A stretch of DNA of 63,407 nt, filler included, from Nemertoderma westbladi (taxonomy: Eukaryota > Animalia > Xenacoelomorpha): assembly GCA_032718475.1 (NCBI GenBank). It is 3 parts of 3 records of this genome, joined end to end, with 100 filler letters (N's around TTAATTAATTAA, not from the genome) between each part and the next. Parts side by side here need not be neighbours in the genome. Positions count along the whole stretch, not along the records: positions 1 to 25,036 come from JAUCBJ010001660.1; 2 more parts are not named here. One strand, written 5' to 3'. How positions within the stretch are numbered: position 1 is the first letter of the stretch; every line of letters begins with the position of its first letter. Positions 11,095 through 22,446 of this stretch are shown here, one piece after another. Made by a program: the position numbers and the translations under genes. The notes under the pieces were generated by a model. It saw only the letters and a program-made list of their open reading frames with translations, did no database searches and was not told the DNA's origin.

Positions 11095-11405
11095 TTATAG
11101 CCAAAAACAATTACCAATTGAAGGAAAGGAGCAAGTTAAGGCCGGATTTTGTAACCAAAACAATAAACAGTCACTTTACCAAATGAAGGAAAGGAGCAGG
11201 TTACAGAGACTAGCCTTCCTAACCAAAACAATAAACGGTCACTTTCAATCAGGGAAAGGAGCAGATTACAGGGGCGGGATTTCCTAACCAAAGCAATAAA
11301 CGTTCACTTAACTAATTGAGGGAAAGGAGCAGGTTACAGAGGCGGGATTTTCTAACCAAAACAATAAACGATCACTTAACTAATTGAGGGAAAGGAGAAG
11401 TCAGG
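11095..11405. repeat. ~66-bp degenerate tandem repeat (~5 copies)
   Basis: Recurrent aaccaaaacaataaac...gggaaaggagcaggttacagaggcgggatttcct. Confidence 0.8.
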
Positions 11406-11428
11406 CCGGTTAGTAGAAGACAGTAGTC

Positions 11429-12451
11429 ATGATCCATTATAAAACTGACAAATTCTGTGAAAGGTATATCCACATTTTCCACAATCCAGTTTTGGCTAGT
11501 TCCAGTAGAGTCACTTGTTCGGCTTCTGAATGTAAAGTGTGTCCGGATTTATATATCTGCAGCTGCCCTGCTACATTTGTTAAAGACAGTGCATGTAAAC
11601 ACATACATGCAGTGCATTCCCTTTTTAGGGGTAGGCCTATGTATCTCGAGTGCATCCCATCAACATCCGACTGCACCCCTCCCGAGTGCACCCCTCCCGA
11701 GTGCACCCCTCCCGAGTGCACCCCTTCCGAGTGCACCCCTCCCGAGTGCACCCCTCCCGAGTGCACCCCTCCCGAGTGCACCCGTCCCGAGTGCACCCCT
11801 CCCGAGTGCACCCCTCCCGAGTGCACCCCTCCCGAGTGCACCCCTCCCGAGTGCACCCCTACCGAGTGCACCCGTCCCGAGTGGACCCCTCCCGAGTGCA
11901 CCCCTCCCGAGTGCACCCATCCCGAGTGCACCCCTCCCGAGTGCACCACTTCCGAGTGCACCCCTCCCGAGGGTGCCCGTCTCGACTTATCACATCAGAT
12001 AAAATTGAAATTACATTTTATTGGGAGAAGGTATGAACAAACTTCGGTTGAAGTACAGCAAAAGATATTTCAACTACTTGAAAAAGCCAGCAGCGTTCTG
12101 GATAATACTTTACCCAGACAAGCTAATCATCTAGAGAAAATTACGAATAGGAAAAAACTTGAACCTCAAACTCGCCTTGAAACGATACGACGAAAAAAAA
12201 GAAAACGTACCGTTGAAAACAAGGAAAATAATCGTCATAACGCGTATACTAATATCGTCAATACTCCAACGGACCATTGCGTTGCTTGCTGCACCAGTGC
12301 TGTTGGAGACTGGATCCAGTGCGACCAATGCAATAGATGGTACCACAACACTAGCAAATACGTATCAACCATAGTTGTACCACGTGCACTAGATCAAAAA
12401 TGGTATTGTGATGAATGTGTCGGACATTTTCTAAAGGAATTAATCAATTGA
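11429..12451 (+). CDS. C-terminal part of a MULE-type transposase: SWIM zinc finger, PPECT repeat, PHD-like finger (probably 5'-truncated)
   Basis: CSCPATFVKDSACKHIHAVH (SWIM CxCx(n)CxH), basic RRKKRKR, and CVACC...WIQCDQCNRWYH...WYCDEC. No DDE core upstream in frame. Confidence 0.7.
   Translation: MIHYKTDKFCERYIHIFHNPVLASSSRVTCSASECKVCPDLYICSCPATFVKDSACKHIHAVHSLFRGRPMYLECIPSTSDCTPPECTPPECTPPECTPSECTPPECTPPECTPPECTRPECTPPECTPPECTPPECTPPECTPTECTRPEWTPPECTPPECTHPECTPPECTTSECTPPEGARLDLSHQIKLKLHFIGRRYEQTSVEVQQKIFQLLEKASSVLDNTLPRQANHLEKITNRKKLEPQTRLETIRRKKRKRTVENKENNRHNAYTNIVNTPTDHCVACCTSAVGDWIQCDQCNRWYHNTSKYVSTIVVPRALDQKWYCDECVGHFLKELIN
11670..11972 (+). repeat. 15-bp coding minisatellite (gagtgcacccctccc, ~20 copies; ECTPP)
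   Basis: Directly visible; in frame within ORF 11429-12451. Confidence 0.95.
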
Positions 12452-12592
12452 ATTAATATACTGTATGAGTGTATAATTGTTACAAATATAATGTTCCGAT
12501 GCAAGCAAATAATAAATGTTCTTTACTTTTTACTGGGATAGAAGTTAAGCCAAATCCCCCGATCCCCCCCCCCCCTTCAATTTTCAATTTTG

Positions 12593-13631
12593 CTCGAAGT
12601 CCCAGACTAGTTAACCAGTCAGCTTAGTTGTTCACGTGCTGCTCGAAGTCCCAGACTAGTTAACCAGTCAGCTTAGTTGTTCACGTGCTGCTCGAAGTCC
12701 CAGACTAGTTAACCAGTCAGCTTAGTTGTCCACGTGCTGCTCGAAGTCCCAGACTAGTTAACAAGTCAGCTTAGTTGTTCAAGTGCTGCACGAAGCCCCA
12801 GACTAGTTAACCAGTCAGCTTAGTTGTTCACGTGCTGCTCGAAGTCCCAGACTAGTTAACAAGTCAGCTTAGTTGTTCAAGTGCTGCTCGAAGTCCCAGA
12901 CTAGTTAAACAGTCAGCTTAGTTGTTCACGTGCTGCACGAAGCCCCAGACTAGTTAACCAGTCAGATTAGTTGTTCACGTGCTGCTCGAAGTCCCAGACT
13001 AGTTAACAAGTCAGCTTAGTTGTTCAAGTGCTGCTCGAAGTCCCAGACTAGTTAACCAGTCAGCTTAGTTGTTCACGTGCTGCTCGAAGTCCCAGACTAG
13101 TTAACCAGTCAGCTTAGTTGTTCACGTGCTGCTCGAAGTCCCAGACTAGTTAACCAGTCAGCTTAGTTGTCCACGTGCTGCTCGAAGTCCCAGACTAGTT
13201 AACAAGTCAGCTTAGTTGTTCAAGTGCTGCACGAAGCCCCAGACTAGTTAACCAGTCAGCTTAGTTGTTCACGTGCTGCTCGAAGTCCCAGACTAGTTAA
13301 CAAGTCAGCTTAGTTGTTCAAGTGCTGCTCGAAGTCCCAGACTAGTTAAACAGTCAGCTTAGTTGTTCACGTGCTGCACGAAGCCCCAGACTAGTTAACC
13401 AGTCAGATTAGTTGTTCACGTGCTGCTCGAAGTCCCAGACTAGTTAACAAGTCAGCTTAGTTGTTCAAGTGCTGCTCGAAGTCCCAGACTAGTTAAACAG
13501 TCAGCTTAGTTGTCCACGTGCTGCTCGAATTCCCAAACTAGTTAACCAGTCAGCTTAGTTGTTCAAGTGCTGCTCGAAGCCCCAGACTAGTTAACGTGCT
13601 GGTTTAGTTGTTCACGTGCTGCTCGAAGTCC
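12593..13631. repeat. 49-bp tandem array (~21 copies) within the right TIR of the MULE
   Basis: Unit ctcgaagtcccagactagttaaccagtcagcttagttgttcacgtgctg; its reverse complement occurs about 2.3 times at 8435-8545. Confidence 0.95.
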
Positions 13632-16600
13632 CACAATAGATAAATCAACAACATTACCGGATGAGTGCGTTAAACCGATAATAAATATTTTATTCTAATT
13701 CAATGAATTACATTAGTCTTACTGTTCATGTATTTCTTATTTCATTCATATTACTGTATTACTTAATGATGTATTCAATGTTAAAACAGATTTGAATTTA
13801 CCGCCAAAATATAGGTGGCAGATCTGATCTGCCACCCCTTCCAGTACAAATTACATGTCTTTCAATCATTTGAATTTCCCGCGCTATGGAGCAGGGTGGC
13901 ACCTTTTAGGGACTTGTGTTGTTCACGTGCTGCTCGAAGCCCCAGAATAGATAAAACAACAACATTTTAATAACGGATGAGTGAATTAAACAGATTAGAA
14001 ATAATTTATTCTGATTCAATGAATTACATTTAGTCTTACTCTATTCATGTATTCAATGTTAAAACAGATTTGAATTTACCGCCAAAATACGGTATAGATG
14101 GCAAATCTGATATGCCACCACTTCCAGTACAAATTACATGTCTTTCAATCATTTGAATTTCCCGCGCTATGGAGCAGGGTGGCACCTTTTAGAGTTTTAG
14201 GGAGTTGTAGACATCCCACGGCAGCACAGTCACACAGTACTTTTTATTTATTTATTTAATGAACTATTTACTACACAATATAATCAAATTGATACAGTAT
14301 TTCATATAATTGAGTAAGTTAAGTTTCGGGTACATAAATGATTATATAATGTAGACGGAGGCTTGTCGGGTAGGCCCATTACACAAACCCCCGTGTACAT
14401 TTGTAAATAAGTAGGTATATCATTGTAATTAAGTAGGTAGGGCCTAACACTAAATAAGCGCTACTGTAAATACGTATTACATACTAAATACTGCATTACA
14501 TAGGACTAATGCATACCTGCTTACCGCTGTACCGGCATTCAGACATTATTACTACAGTACTACCTTCTCACCTTACCCTGTCAGCCTGTTACCAGATTCC
14601 GGTAGGCCTACCGGACCGGTATGTCTGTATGCTGGTATGTAGCGTAGGCCAAGCCCAAGCAACCTAGGCCTAGGTACTACCTGACTACAGTACTAGGTAG
14701 GCCTACTATACAGGACTGCAGGATACAGCTATCTGGCTATAGCCTATATGTCAGTATGTCTGTATGTTATGTACAGACAGACAGATCCTATAATAATATA
14801 ATATATGTACCGGTATATCAGTACATATGCAGATATGTATACTGCATACTGGTTCTGGTATAGGCCTAGCCTAGCCTAAATAGACCTTACAGCCTTACCG
14901 GTACCAGCTGACCGGTACACAAGTACCTATGTAGGCCTACAGTCTGACAGGACAGTACACCACGACAGAGACACGACCACCACCCAGGCTGCAAATAAAG
15001 TACAAAAATCGCAGCGCGTTGTGCGCGTATTTGAAAAAGCGCGCGGAATTGAAATAAAAGTGCAAAACAACAAAAAAAGAACATCAGAGAAACAACAAAA
15101 GTGCGCGGTACCGGCAACCGGTAATCTGTGCAAAATATCAAAAGTCATAAAGCAGTAAAGTGCGCGGGCAGGCGGAGCGGATGAGGTGTAAAAAAGTTTA
15201 CATGCATTCGCTCGTGTTTGTTTGCATTTTGCATTGCAGCATTCAGGCATTGTCAGATTGCTCAAATGTCAAATTGAGCTCGCTTTGAGTTTTGCTCGCG
15301 TTTCTTTTTCATTTTGCATTGTGAATGAAAAAAATTTGCTCGCTTCGCTCGCGTACCGTTATTCGGGGTGACTTGATACATTGAGCAGTTGAGCGATTGA
15401 GGTGACTTGATACAGCAAGTTATACTTTTTTTCTTTAACAGACCGGTCCGGTCACCGGTACTGGGGTAGCGGTACCGGTAGTTGGAGTCAGGATAAGTGT
15501 TGATTGAGTGAAAAATGTTGCCACATGCCTGGAACAAGTTCCGAACAATTTAAAGCAAAATTATGTTGAAGACCAACACACAATGCTGCAATGGGCCTAT
15601 TTCAGTATTTCTATATTCTATACCTTTTTGCATTGTTTTATAGGCAGATAGGCCTAGCTGAGCCGACTGCTGAGTTGAAATTTGTTTTTGGGCTACCCTG
15701 CTCGCCTGCTGTACTGTACTGCCTACATAATATATTTAAAGCACCAAATTGGGATATTTTCAAAGAAAGATGTACTGTTAACATTACATAACTAAAATCT
15801 GCAATTTGGGTAGGCCTACCTCGGTCCGTGGACCAGAAGGCAGTATAATGCCGAAAGAGTAGGCCTACCGGTAGGATAACGGCAGAACGGCAAATTGCTG
15901 AATTAACTTACCGGTAGGCTGGTACGCCTATCATAGCATGTAGCACATTATTTAATTAAACTGAACCTCTTTGTAATTATTTTTCAAATATGTAGTTCAT
16001 ATGCCAGCCTGCTTTCAGGCATAAGTACGTAACTGCTCACACTACTGTCGTGTAGCGGTAATGAGGGTCAGGGTCAGAAAAAGCCGAGCTGCCGCGACAA
16101 TAGGCCTAAGGAGTACAGTACATGGAATTAAGGGACACTTTTGACACAGTTGTTACTTCAAATTAAATATGACAATTTTGTCAAAAAATATGACACTGTC
16201 CTGGCCCTCGTGTCCTGAGTCCTGACAAGGCAATGTCTACCCTAATTAACATAAGCTGTCCTGTTTGTTAGCTACTGTTCAAGGAAATATCTACCCCCAG
16301 ACTGGAATCCATACATTTTGCGCCGGATTAATCTGGCAATCTTTAATTAAAATAAAAGCCATGCTCGAAAATCATAAAGCGCACTTGAAAAAAACGCTCT
16401 GGCTCTCAAAAATCAAACCGGCGCCAATTCGTTGGTTTAACAATTATGAGTAGCAGAAGTTGGTTAATAACCAAAATGGCTGATATGTGGTAGTTGTGAT
16501 GCGATTAAGAGTCCAATGAGTGCAAAAATGTTTGTTGCCCCATGCCAGGAACTAGATCCACTCAATTTAAAGTAAAATGATGTTAAACAAACACACAATA

Positions 16601-17225
16601 TTTTACACCTTTTTGCATTATGTTTTAGCTGAGCCGAGTTGAATATCGAAATTAATTTTTTAGGCCACCCTACACGCACGCAGTTCATTAGAAAGTTGAT
16701 TGTAAAGTAGGCCTGTCATGCTTAATGTTGTTTCGGTTTTATATAAAAAATAAAAATAGCTACATTTGTACATTTGTATTTATGTAATTGTCAACTTTAA
16801 CGACATTTAACTATTGATTCAATACATCCCACCCAAACCCAATTAAACTATATAGAAGTATCTGCTAAAAATCATTTGGTTGCTTTAACTTGGTGGGAAT
16901 GTTTAAATGGGTGATTGACATATAGGCCTACTGGTAGGCCTTCTTGGCGAGACAGGAATCGCTTGCATTGTAAATTAAGATGTAATGTAACTGTTCACTT
17001 TCTAGTGCTCCTTTTGTTAACGCATAGGCCTATTCATTTATATTATATATATAACATATAAAAATTATATTTATTATATATAAATTTATAAATTTTTGTC
17101 TGTTTTCTGTTAGTGTTAATTACCTATTATTATTCTAATAGTTAGTTATATTGGACCTTTCATACTGCAACCAACTCAAATAGGACTTGGCAAAGTGAAG
17201 ATAGTTTAGTATAAATTACAAAACA

Positions 17226-18839
17226 ATGCCTGGATACCGAGCTGAGGAAATTCCTGGTAGTGAGCCAGAAATAGAACGCAAGCTCTTCGTTGGTGGACTA
17301 AGTTATAGTACGGTAGATGAGACACTAAGGAATTTCTATGAACAATGGGGTGGTAAATTAGTGGATTGTGTCGTAATGAGGGAGCGTCCATTAATGCCAG
17401 GGAAGCAAGGTCGTTCTAGGGGTTTTGGTTTCGTTACTTATGAGTCAGCAGCTCAATTAGATGAGGCCATGAGTCACAGACCTCATAAGATAGATGATAG
17501 GGAAGTTGAGCCAAAGCGTGCGGTACCTAAGGAGGACTCTACTAAACCTGGGGCTCATGCGACAACAACTAAGCTCTTTGTTGGAGGATTAGGAGGTGAT
17601 TCAGTTAAAGAAGATGACCTAAGGCACTATTTCAGCGATTTCGGTGAGATTGAATCTGTAGACCTTAAGAAGGATAGAGAATCCGGAAGGAATCGTGGAT
17701 TTGCTTTTGTAATCTTTAAGGATCATGATTCTGTTGACAAAATCTGCAATATACAGTCCCGTCAGCATTATGTCAAGGATCGAAAACTTGAGGTAAAAAA
17801 GGCAATTCCTCGGGAAATGGCAGAAGGTTCAGGCCAATCGAGACAGGACTTTGGTATGGGAGGTAGAGGTGGTATGGGTAGGAGAGGAGGTGGCATGTCA
17901 ATGGGTAGAGGAATGGATAGGCGAAGTGGTGGTATGGGAATGGGAGGAGGCAGTATGGGTATTCGTAGTGGTGGTTTGGGTATGGGAGGTGGTGGAGGTT
18001 TGGGAATGGGGTTGAGGGGAGATAGTATGGGCATGAGGGGAGATAGTATGGGGATGAGGGGAGATAGTATGGGTATGAGGGGGGATAGTATGGGGATGAG
18101 AGGAAGTAGTATGGGCATGGGAATGAGGGGGGATAGTATGGGGATGAGGGGAGATAGTATGGGCATGGGGATGAGGGGGGATAGTATGGGGATGGGAATG
18201 AGGGGGGATAGCATGGGGATGCGAGGAGATAGTATGGGGGTGCGAGGAGATGGTATGGGGATGCGAGGAGATAGTATGGGGATGAGGGGAGATAGTTTAG
18301 GACTTGGTGGGGGTGGAATTGTTAGGGAGCAGGAACGATTAGGAGGAGGATTGGGGCTTGGTGGCTCAGGTAGTTTAAGAGAACGATTGATGGATGCTAT
18401 GGAAGGAGTAGGTGCAGGTTATGGCGGCAGTAGAGGCTCTGGAAGTGGTGGTAATTGGTCGGATAGGGGGTCTACTTCATTTAGTGGAGGTGGTGCGAGT
18501 TATTTAGGAGAATCGCAATCGGGCTATGGGGGAGGAGGAGGCAATAGCTACAGCAGTAGTGGAGGAGGGCTTGGTGGTGGATCTTACAGCAGTATGGAAA
18601 CGGGTCGGTATGGTGGCATAGGGGGTAATGGAACAACAGGTATGGGCAGTGGATTTGGTGATGGCAGGAGTGGTGGTGCTGGTGGTGGAAGGTTTAGTGA
18701 TCTCGGCTCCAATTATGGTAGTGGAATGAGCAGTTATGGTCCTATGAAAGGTGGAGGTTTGAGTAGCAGTAGACAAGATCCTTACTCAGTGGCAGGCCGA
18801 ACGGGCTTTGGAGGAGGAGTTGGAGGAAGTAACTATTGA
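17226..18839 (+). CDS. hnRNP A/B-family RNA-binding protein (2 RRMs plus Gly/Met/Arg-rich low-complexity tail), single coding exon, 537 aa
   Basis: RNP2/RNP1 pairs KLFVGGL/RGFGFVTY and KLFVGGL/RGFAFVIF; linker RPHKIDDREVEPKRAVP; C-terminal YGPMKGG...RQDPY (PY-NLS-like). Candidate 5'UTR acceptor ttttctgttag at ~17113 and AATAAA at ~19635 and ~20218. Confidence 0.93.
   Translation: MPGYRAEEIPGSEPEIERKLFVGGLSYSTVDETLRNFYEQWGGKLVDCVVMRERPLMPGKQGRSRGFGFVTYESAAQLDEAMSHRPHKIDDREVEPKRAVPKEDSTKPGAHATTTKLFVGGLGGDSVKEDDLRHYFSDFGEIESVDLKKDRESGRNRGFAFVIFKDHDSVDKICNIQSRQHYVKDRKLEVKKAIPREMAEGSGQSRQDFGMGGRGGMGRRGGGMSMGRGMDRRSGGMGMGGGSMGIRSGGLGMGGGGGLGMGLRGDSMGMRGDSMGMRGDSMGMRGDSMGMRGSSMGMGMRGDSMGMRGDSMGMGMRGDSMGMGMRGDSMGMRGDSMGVRGDGMGMRGDSMGMRGDSLGLGGGGIVREQERLGGGLGLGGSGSLRERLMDAMEGVGAGYGGSRGSGSGGNWSDRGSTSFSGGGASYLGESQSGYGGGGGNSYSSSGGGLGGGSYSSMETGRYGGIGGNGTTGMGSGFGDGRSGGAGGGRFSDLGSNYGSGMSSYGPMKGGGLSSSRQDPYSVAGRTGFGGGVGGSNY
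18010..18298 (+). repeat. 21/27-bp coding repeat (RGDSMGM[GM]) in the hnRNP tail
   Basis: About 13 copies of atgaggggagatagtatgggg-like units. Confidence 0.9.
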
Positions 18840-21800
18840 GATACAACGTAAAAGAGACAGACGTATTTTTGCCGATAAGAAGATAGGCAAGATAGACAAG
18901 ATTATATACTATGGATTCAGTTAAATCCCAAGCATTGTAGAATTACACCCCATAACGAATATATAGGAGACTTCTAAGTGTATAAGTTTTTGTTTTATGA
19001 TATATTTAACTAAATGTTATAATATAAACTTCTAAGTCTGAGTGTTTCCTTTATTAGCAGTAATGCATAAACAATAATAATCCAACATGTTATGAATTGC
19101 TAATTCCCTGGAATTAAGTCAAGTTAACAAATGTAAATAAGTAAACGCTGTTAGAATATAAGGCTTTTCCTTCAGTATATTTAAGATAGGAATCTTTCTT
19201 TATTTAAGCATCTTCAGCAGTATTATATATATAATAGTTGAAAGAAATAAGAGATGAGAGAGATAGCTCCTGGCTTATTGTATATATGGAAGGATGTGGG
19301 ATACTAGTATATATTCAATACCAAACCAAGTGGTAATAAGGGTTTTCGGATCACTGTTATATATATGTATATATACCGGTACACGGGTACAGTTATAGTT
19401 GTTGTTTATTTTCTATATAATCATATATATTCTGTTTAAGTGGATCTTCAAAGTTAAAATATTTCATAACCTTTAATGATAAATTAAATTAAATATATAC
19501 CGCCTCCTAGGCTTTGTTTTATAATAATATAAGTAGGAATGTCAGTTGTAGCGTATTGTTGCAAATATGATATGGTTTTATTTTTGAATAGAAAGCTAAT
19601 AGCTTTATAGGTTACTTTTACTAAACATTCACATAAATAAACCGAGATACAGATAACTGCTATAATATATAAATTCTAACCTATTCAAAATTGAAACTAA
19701 ATCATTTTGCTGCTTCTCAATAACTACATTGATGTCTACTGATTATTTTCTGGTTGCCTAATGGTCAGGTCATAGTCATTGTGCTTATATATGATGTTAC
19801 GTTTTCACCTAAGATACTGAATTCAAGAGACTGTACCCTGAATTAAATATGTTCTGGTTTGAAACTTCTTAATATTACTTCAAATATCTTGCAAACTGCG
19901 TTTACTGTAAATTTCAAGTACCGGTATTACAACATCGCAATAATGTTTGAGTATTATATATTTGGTTGTTTAATTTTACAATAAGTAGGTAACTAACTAT
20001 ACTTCTATAGTGAATAGACATAATGTATTGGATTATTTATTGGTGTGTTTTGACGATTTAAATTTCATTTATTAATTCTGTTTTATGTTTTTAAAGTAAA
20101 TCTGCATTGTTTGAATTAATATCATTGTCGCTATGTGTTCCCTTTTTTTACTCTTAGCAACCAGCCCCCCCCCCCCCCCCCCCCCGTCCCTCATTTCCAC
20201 AGTTACTATTTTTTACCAATAAAGAGGTATTCAAAATCCATGAATTCGTAGTATTACAACACCATATACATAAATGAGGAATATCAAGCTAGTGATTGTG
20301 GAATCAGGTTAATTTCGGGGAATTCCGGGGAAATAATTCCTAGGAAATAAGCTAAAAACCTTAAAAGCAAGGAAATATCGGAATAAATAATATTTAATAT
20401 CTAGGAATTAAATTTATTTCCTTGCTAACCCTTAATGACTGCAACATATACACCATAACCCGTAATATAGTGAGTGTTATATAGAGTCGGACACCCCCCC
20501 CCCCCCCCCCCCATATTTTTCTACAAATATTTATTGTATTGCTTGAAATTTGAAACACAACTAACTCACCGTCGATGTCCACATGAAGCCGGAATTTTCG
20601 ATTTTGCCTGTAAATTCTATTTATAAGCTTTTTAAAAAAGTGTCTAGAGCGAAATTGCACATCTCTTATCGTCGCCATTCTTCAACATTAGTGAAGAATC
20701 TTTCATATCACTAGAAAGCCTGCGTAGCAAGGATTCCATATATGTAAGAAGGTTTGAATTTCGTTGAGAAACAACGTCCTTATGGAGAGATATATGGCCT
20801 TTTCGGAATTTTCTAGTATTCCAAGTTTCAGCTTAAACGGATTAAAATCAATGAGACGGGAGAAGGTTTTAACCTTCATACATTTAGCCCTCTAGCGCCA
20901 GCCCGGATAAATGCAGGCAGATTAGCCTTCTTTGAAAGACAGCCCATAGTCTAGTATTCTGCCTAGTTTCAGCTTGAACTCATTAAAAGCAATGAAATAT
21001 TAGGACATACTATTTAGACATGTACCGTAGCCCCCTAGCGCCGAAAGGCGAACTGTAGAAGTATGTCCGTATGTAAACTTTCTAAACTTTTTTTCATATA
21101 CCTGTCCTTCATAGTTTTAGTTTAAGAAAGTGGAGAGTTCCTGATAAATAAGCTATAAAACAAAGACCGAAAGACAGACAGACACGAGGTTGAGAGATAG
21201 TAGAACGCGTATGCTAAGATCGTACACTATATATATACACTACCATAGTATACTGTAATTATAGCGTCACATGAGTGGATTTTTCATTATATGAAGGACA
21301 GTTATTGTTAATTGCCCGTTACATGACTTGACATTTTCCATGTTTATCAAAGAGGTTGGGCTACTACAGTGGGGCCTACCACCATTGTGTACGTCTCAGA
21401 AAGACTATACAGCAGGCCCTAGTTTCCAATGGAGTTAGGACAATTGCGACCCAGCATATTTATCTAAAATCGTGGGTCCAACAAACTACTGTACGACGGT
21501 GGAATCTACACGTTCGTGGGGCCTGCCTGCGCTTATAAGTAAGATGTTTTAGGCGACCTAGTTTGTCAGAAATAATAAAACTTACCTTTAAGGCCGGTGT
21601 GGGGCGAGCGACGAAAGTAAGCGAGCTTAGCATACAGGTACCTCCAACTCAATCGGTGTGTCTGTCGTTCTGTTGTGTTCAATCTTAAACGTTAATCAAA
21701 TGTTAATGAAATTTAACCAAACTTGGTACACATGTAGTCTGGCAAAAGTTTAGAAATTTTCCAAGTTGAATTTCCGTGTGGCCTTCGAGAAGCTAAGATA

Positions 21801-22446
21801 ATAGCAGTTAATTAGTTAATTAAGTTGATTAGGGTAAAAACAGTATTTTCAACCTGCCTCTTAAAGGATATTTATTAATATCTAGTATAAGATATAAATA
21901 ATTATACTTAAAAATTATATAACCTATATTCCCTATACCCCATCCCATTATAGGTTTTAAATAGTTCAAGAGATTTGCTTTAAGAAATGTGTTTTTAATT
22001 GATCTAAACGTAATTAAGTTATCAAAATGCCACCGTATCTCTATACTTCGCAGCTCCCTCATTCATATTGCCTAGCCTATCTGCTGGCGCTGCTGGGAAC
22101 CATAGTCCAACCACCTCAGCACTACTTGGCAACGGGTAATTACATCAATAGGACATAGCCACTACAGTAGTGTAAGGTAAAGTCAGCTTGTTTTATCTGC
22201 CTTTCATTAATCCTCTGTGCTCCTTTGGGTTGGGGTGGTGCAGATTAAGAGGGCGGTTGAAGCAGGGGGGGGGGGGGGGGGGGGATCCTCTCTTCTTTGA
22301 TTTATTCTTATTGGCGTTTTGGTTAAATTTTCTTAATTATTTATTTAAATTTCTTAAGTACCGATTTTGGGATAGAATTGCTCAATTTTAATCTGTATCT
22401 AATAACTGAGCCTCGTCCTGCGCGATGGCCCCACAAACGTGTAAAA

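Larger units (their letters stand above)
8359..14208. mobile_element. Mutator-like (MULE) DNA transposon with long repeat-containing TIRs and a 10-bp TSD
   Basis: The left end acaagtccctaaaaggtgccaccctgctccatagcgcgggaaattcaaatgattgaaagacat is inverted at ~13856-13917 and ~14138-14208. AGACATCCCA flanks both ends (8349-8358, 14209-14218). An internal SWIM/PHD ORF is present. Confidence 0.88.

Noticed and set aside
11437-12036. Alternative-frame ORFs (GGVHS, SAPLP, HPSRV, GALGR repeats)
   Set aside because: Shadows of the 15-bp minisatellite; only 11429-12451 has domain motifs on both sides.
17768-18776. Minus-strand Pro/Ile-rich and Thr-rich ORFs
   Set aside because: Antisense shadows of the hnRNP low-complexity tail.
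20470-22170. Helentron/DINE-like non-autonomous elements (gacagacagac microsatellite, aaacttggtacacatg motif; similar at ~24580-24870 and ~31240-31600)
   Set aside because: Motifs are suggestive, but I could not define termini or target sites well enough to list them as features.
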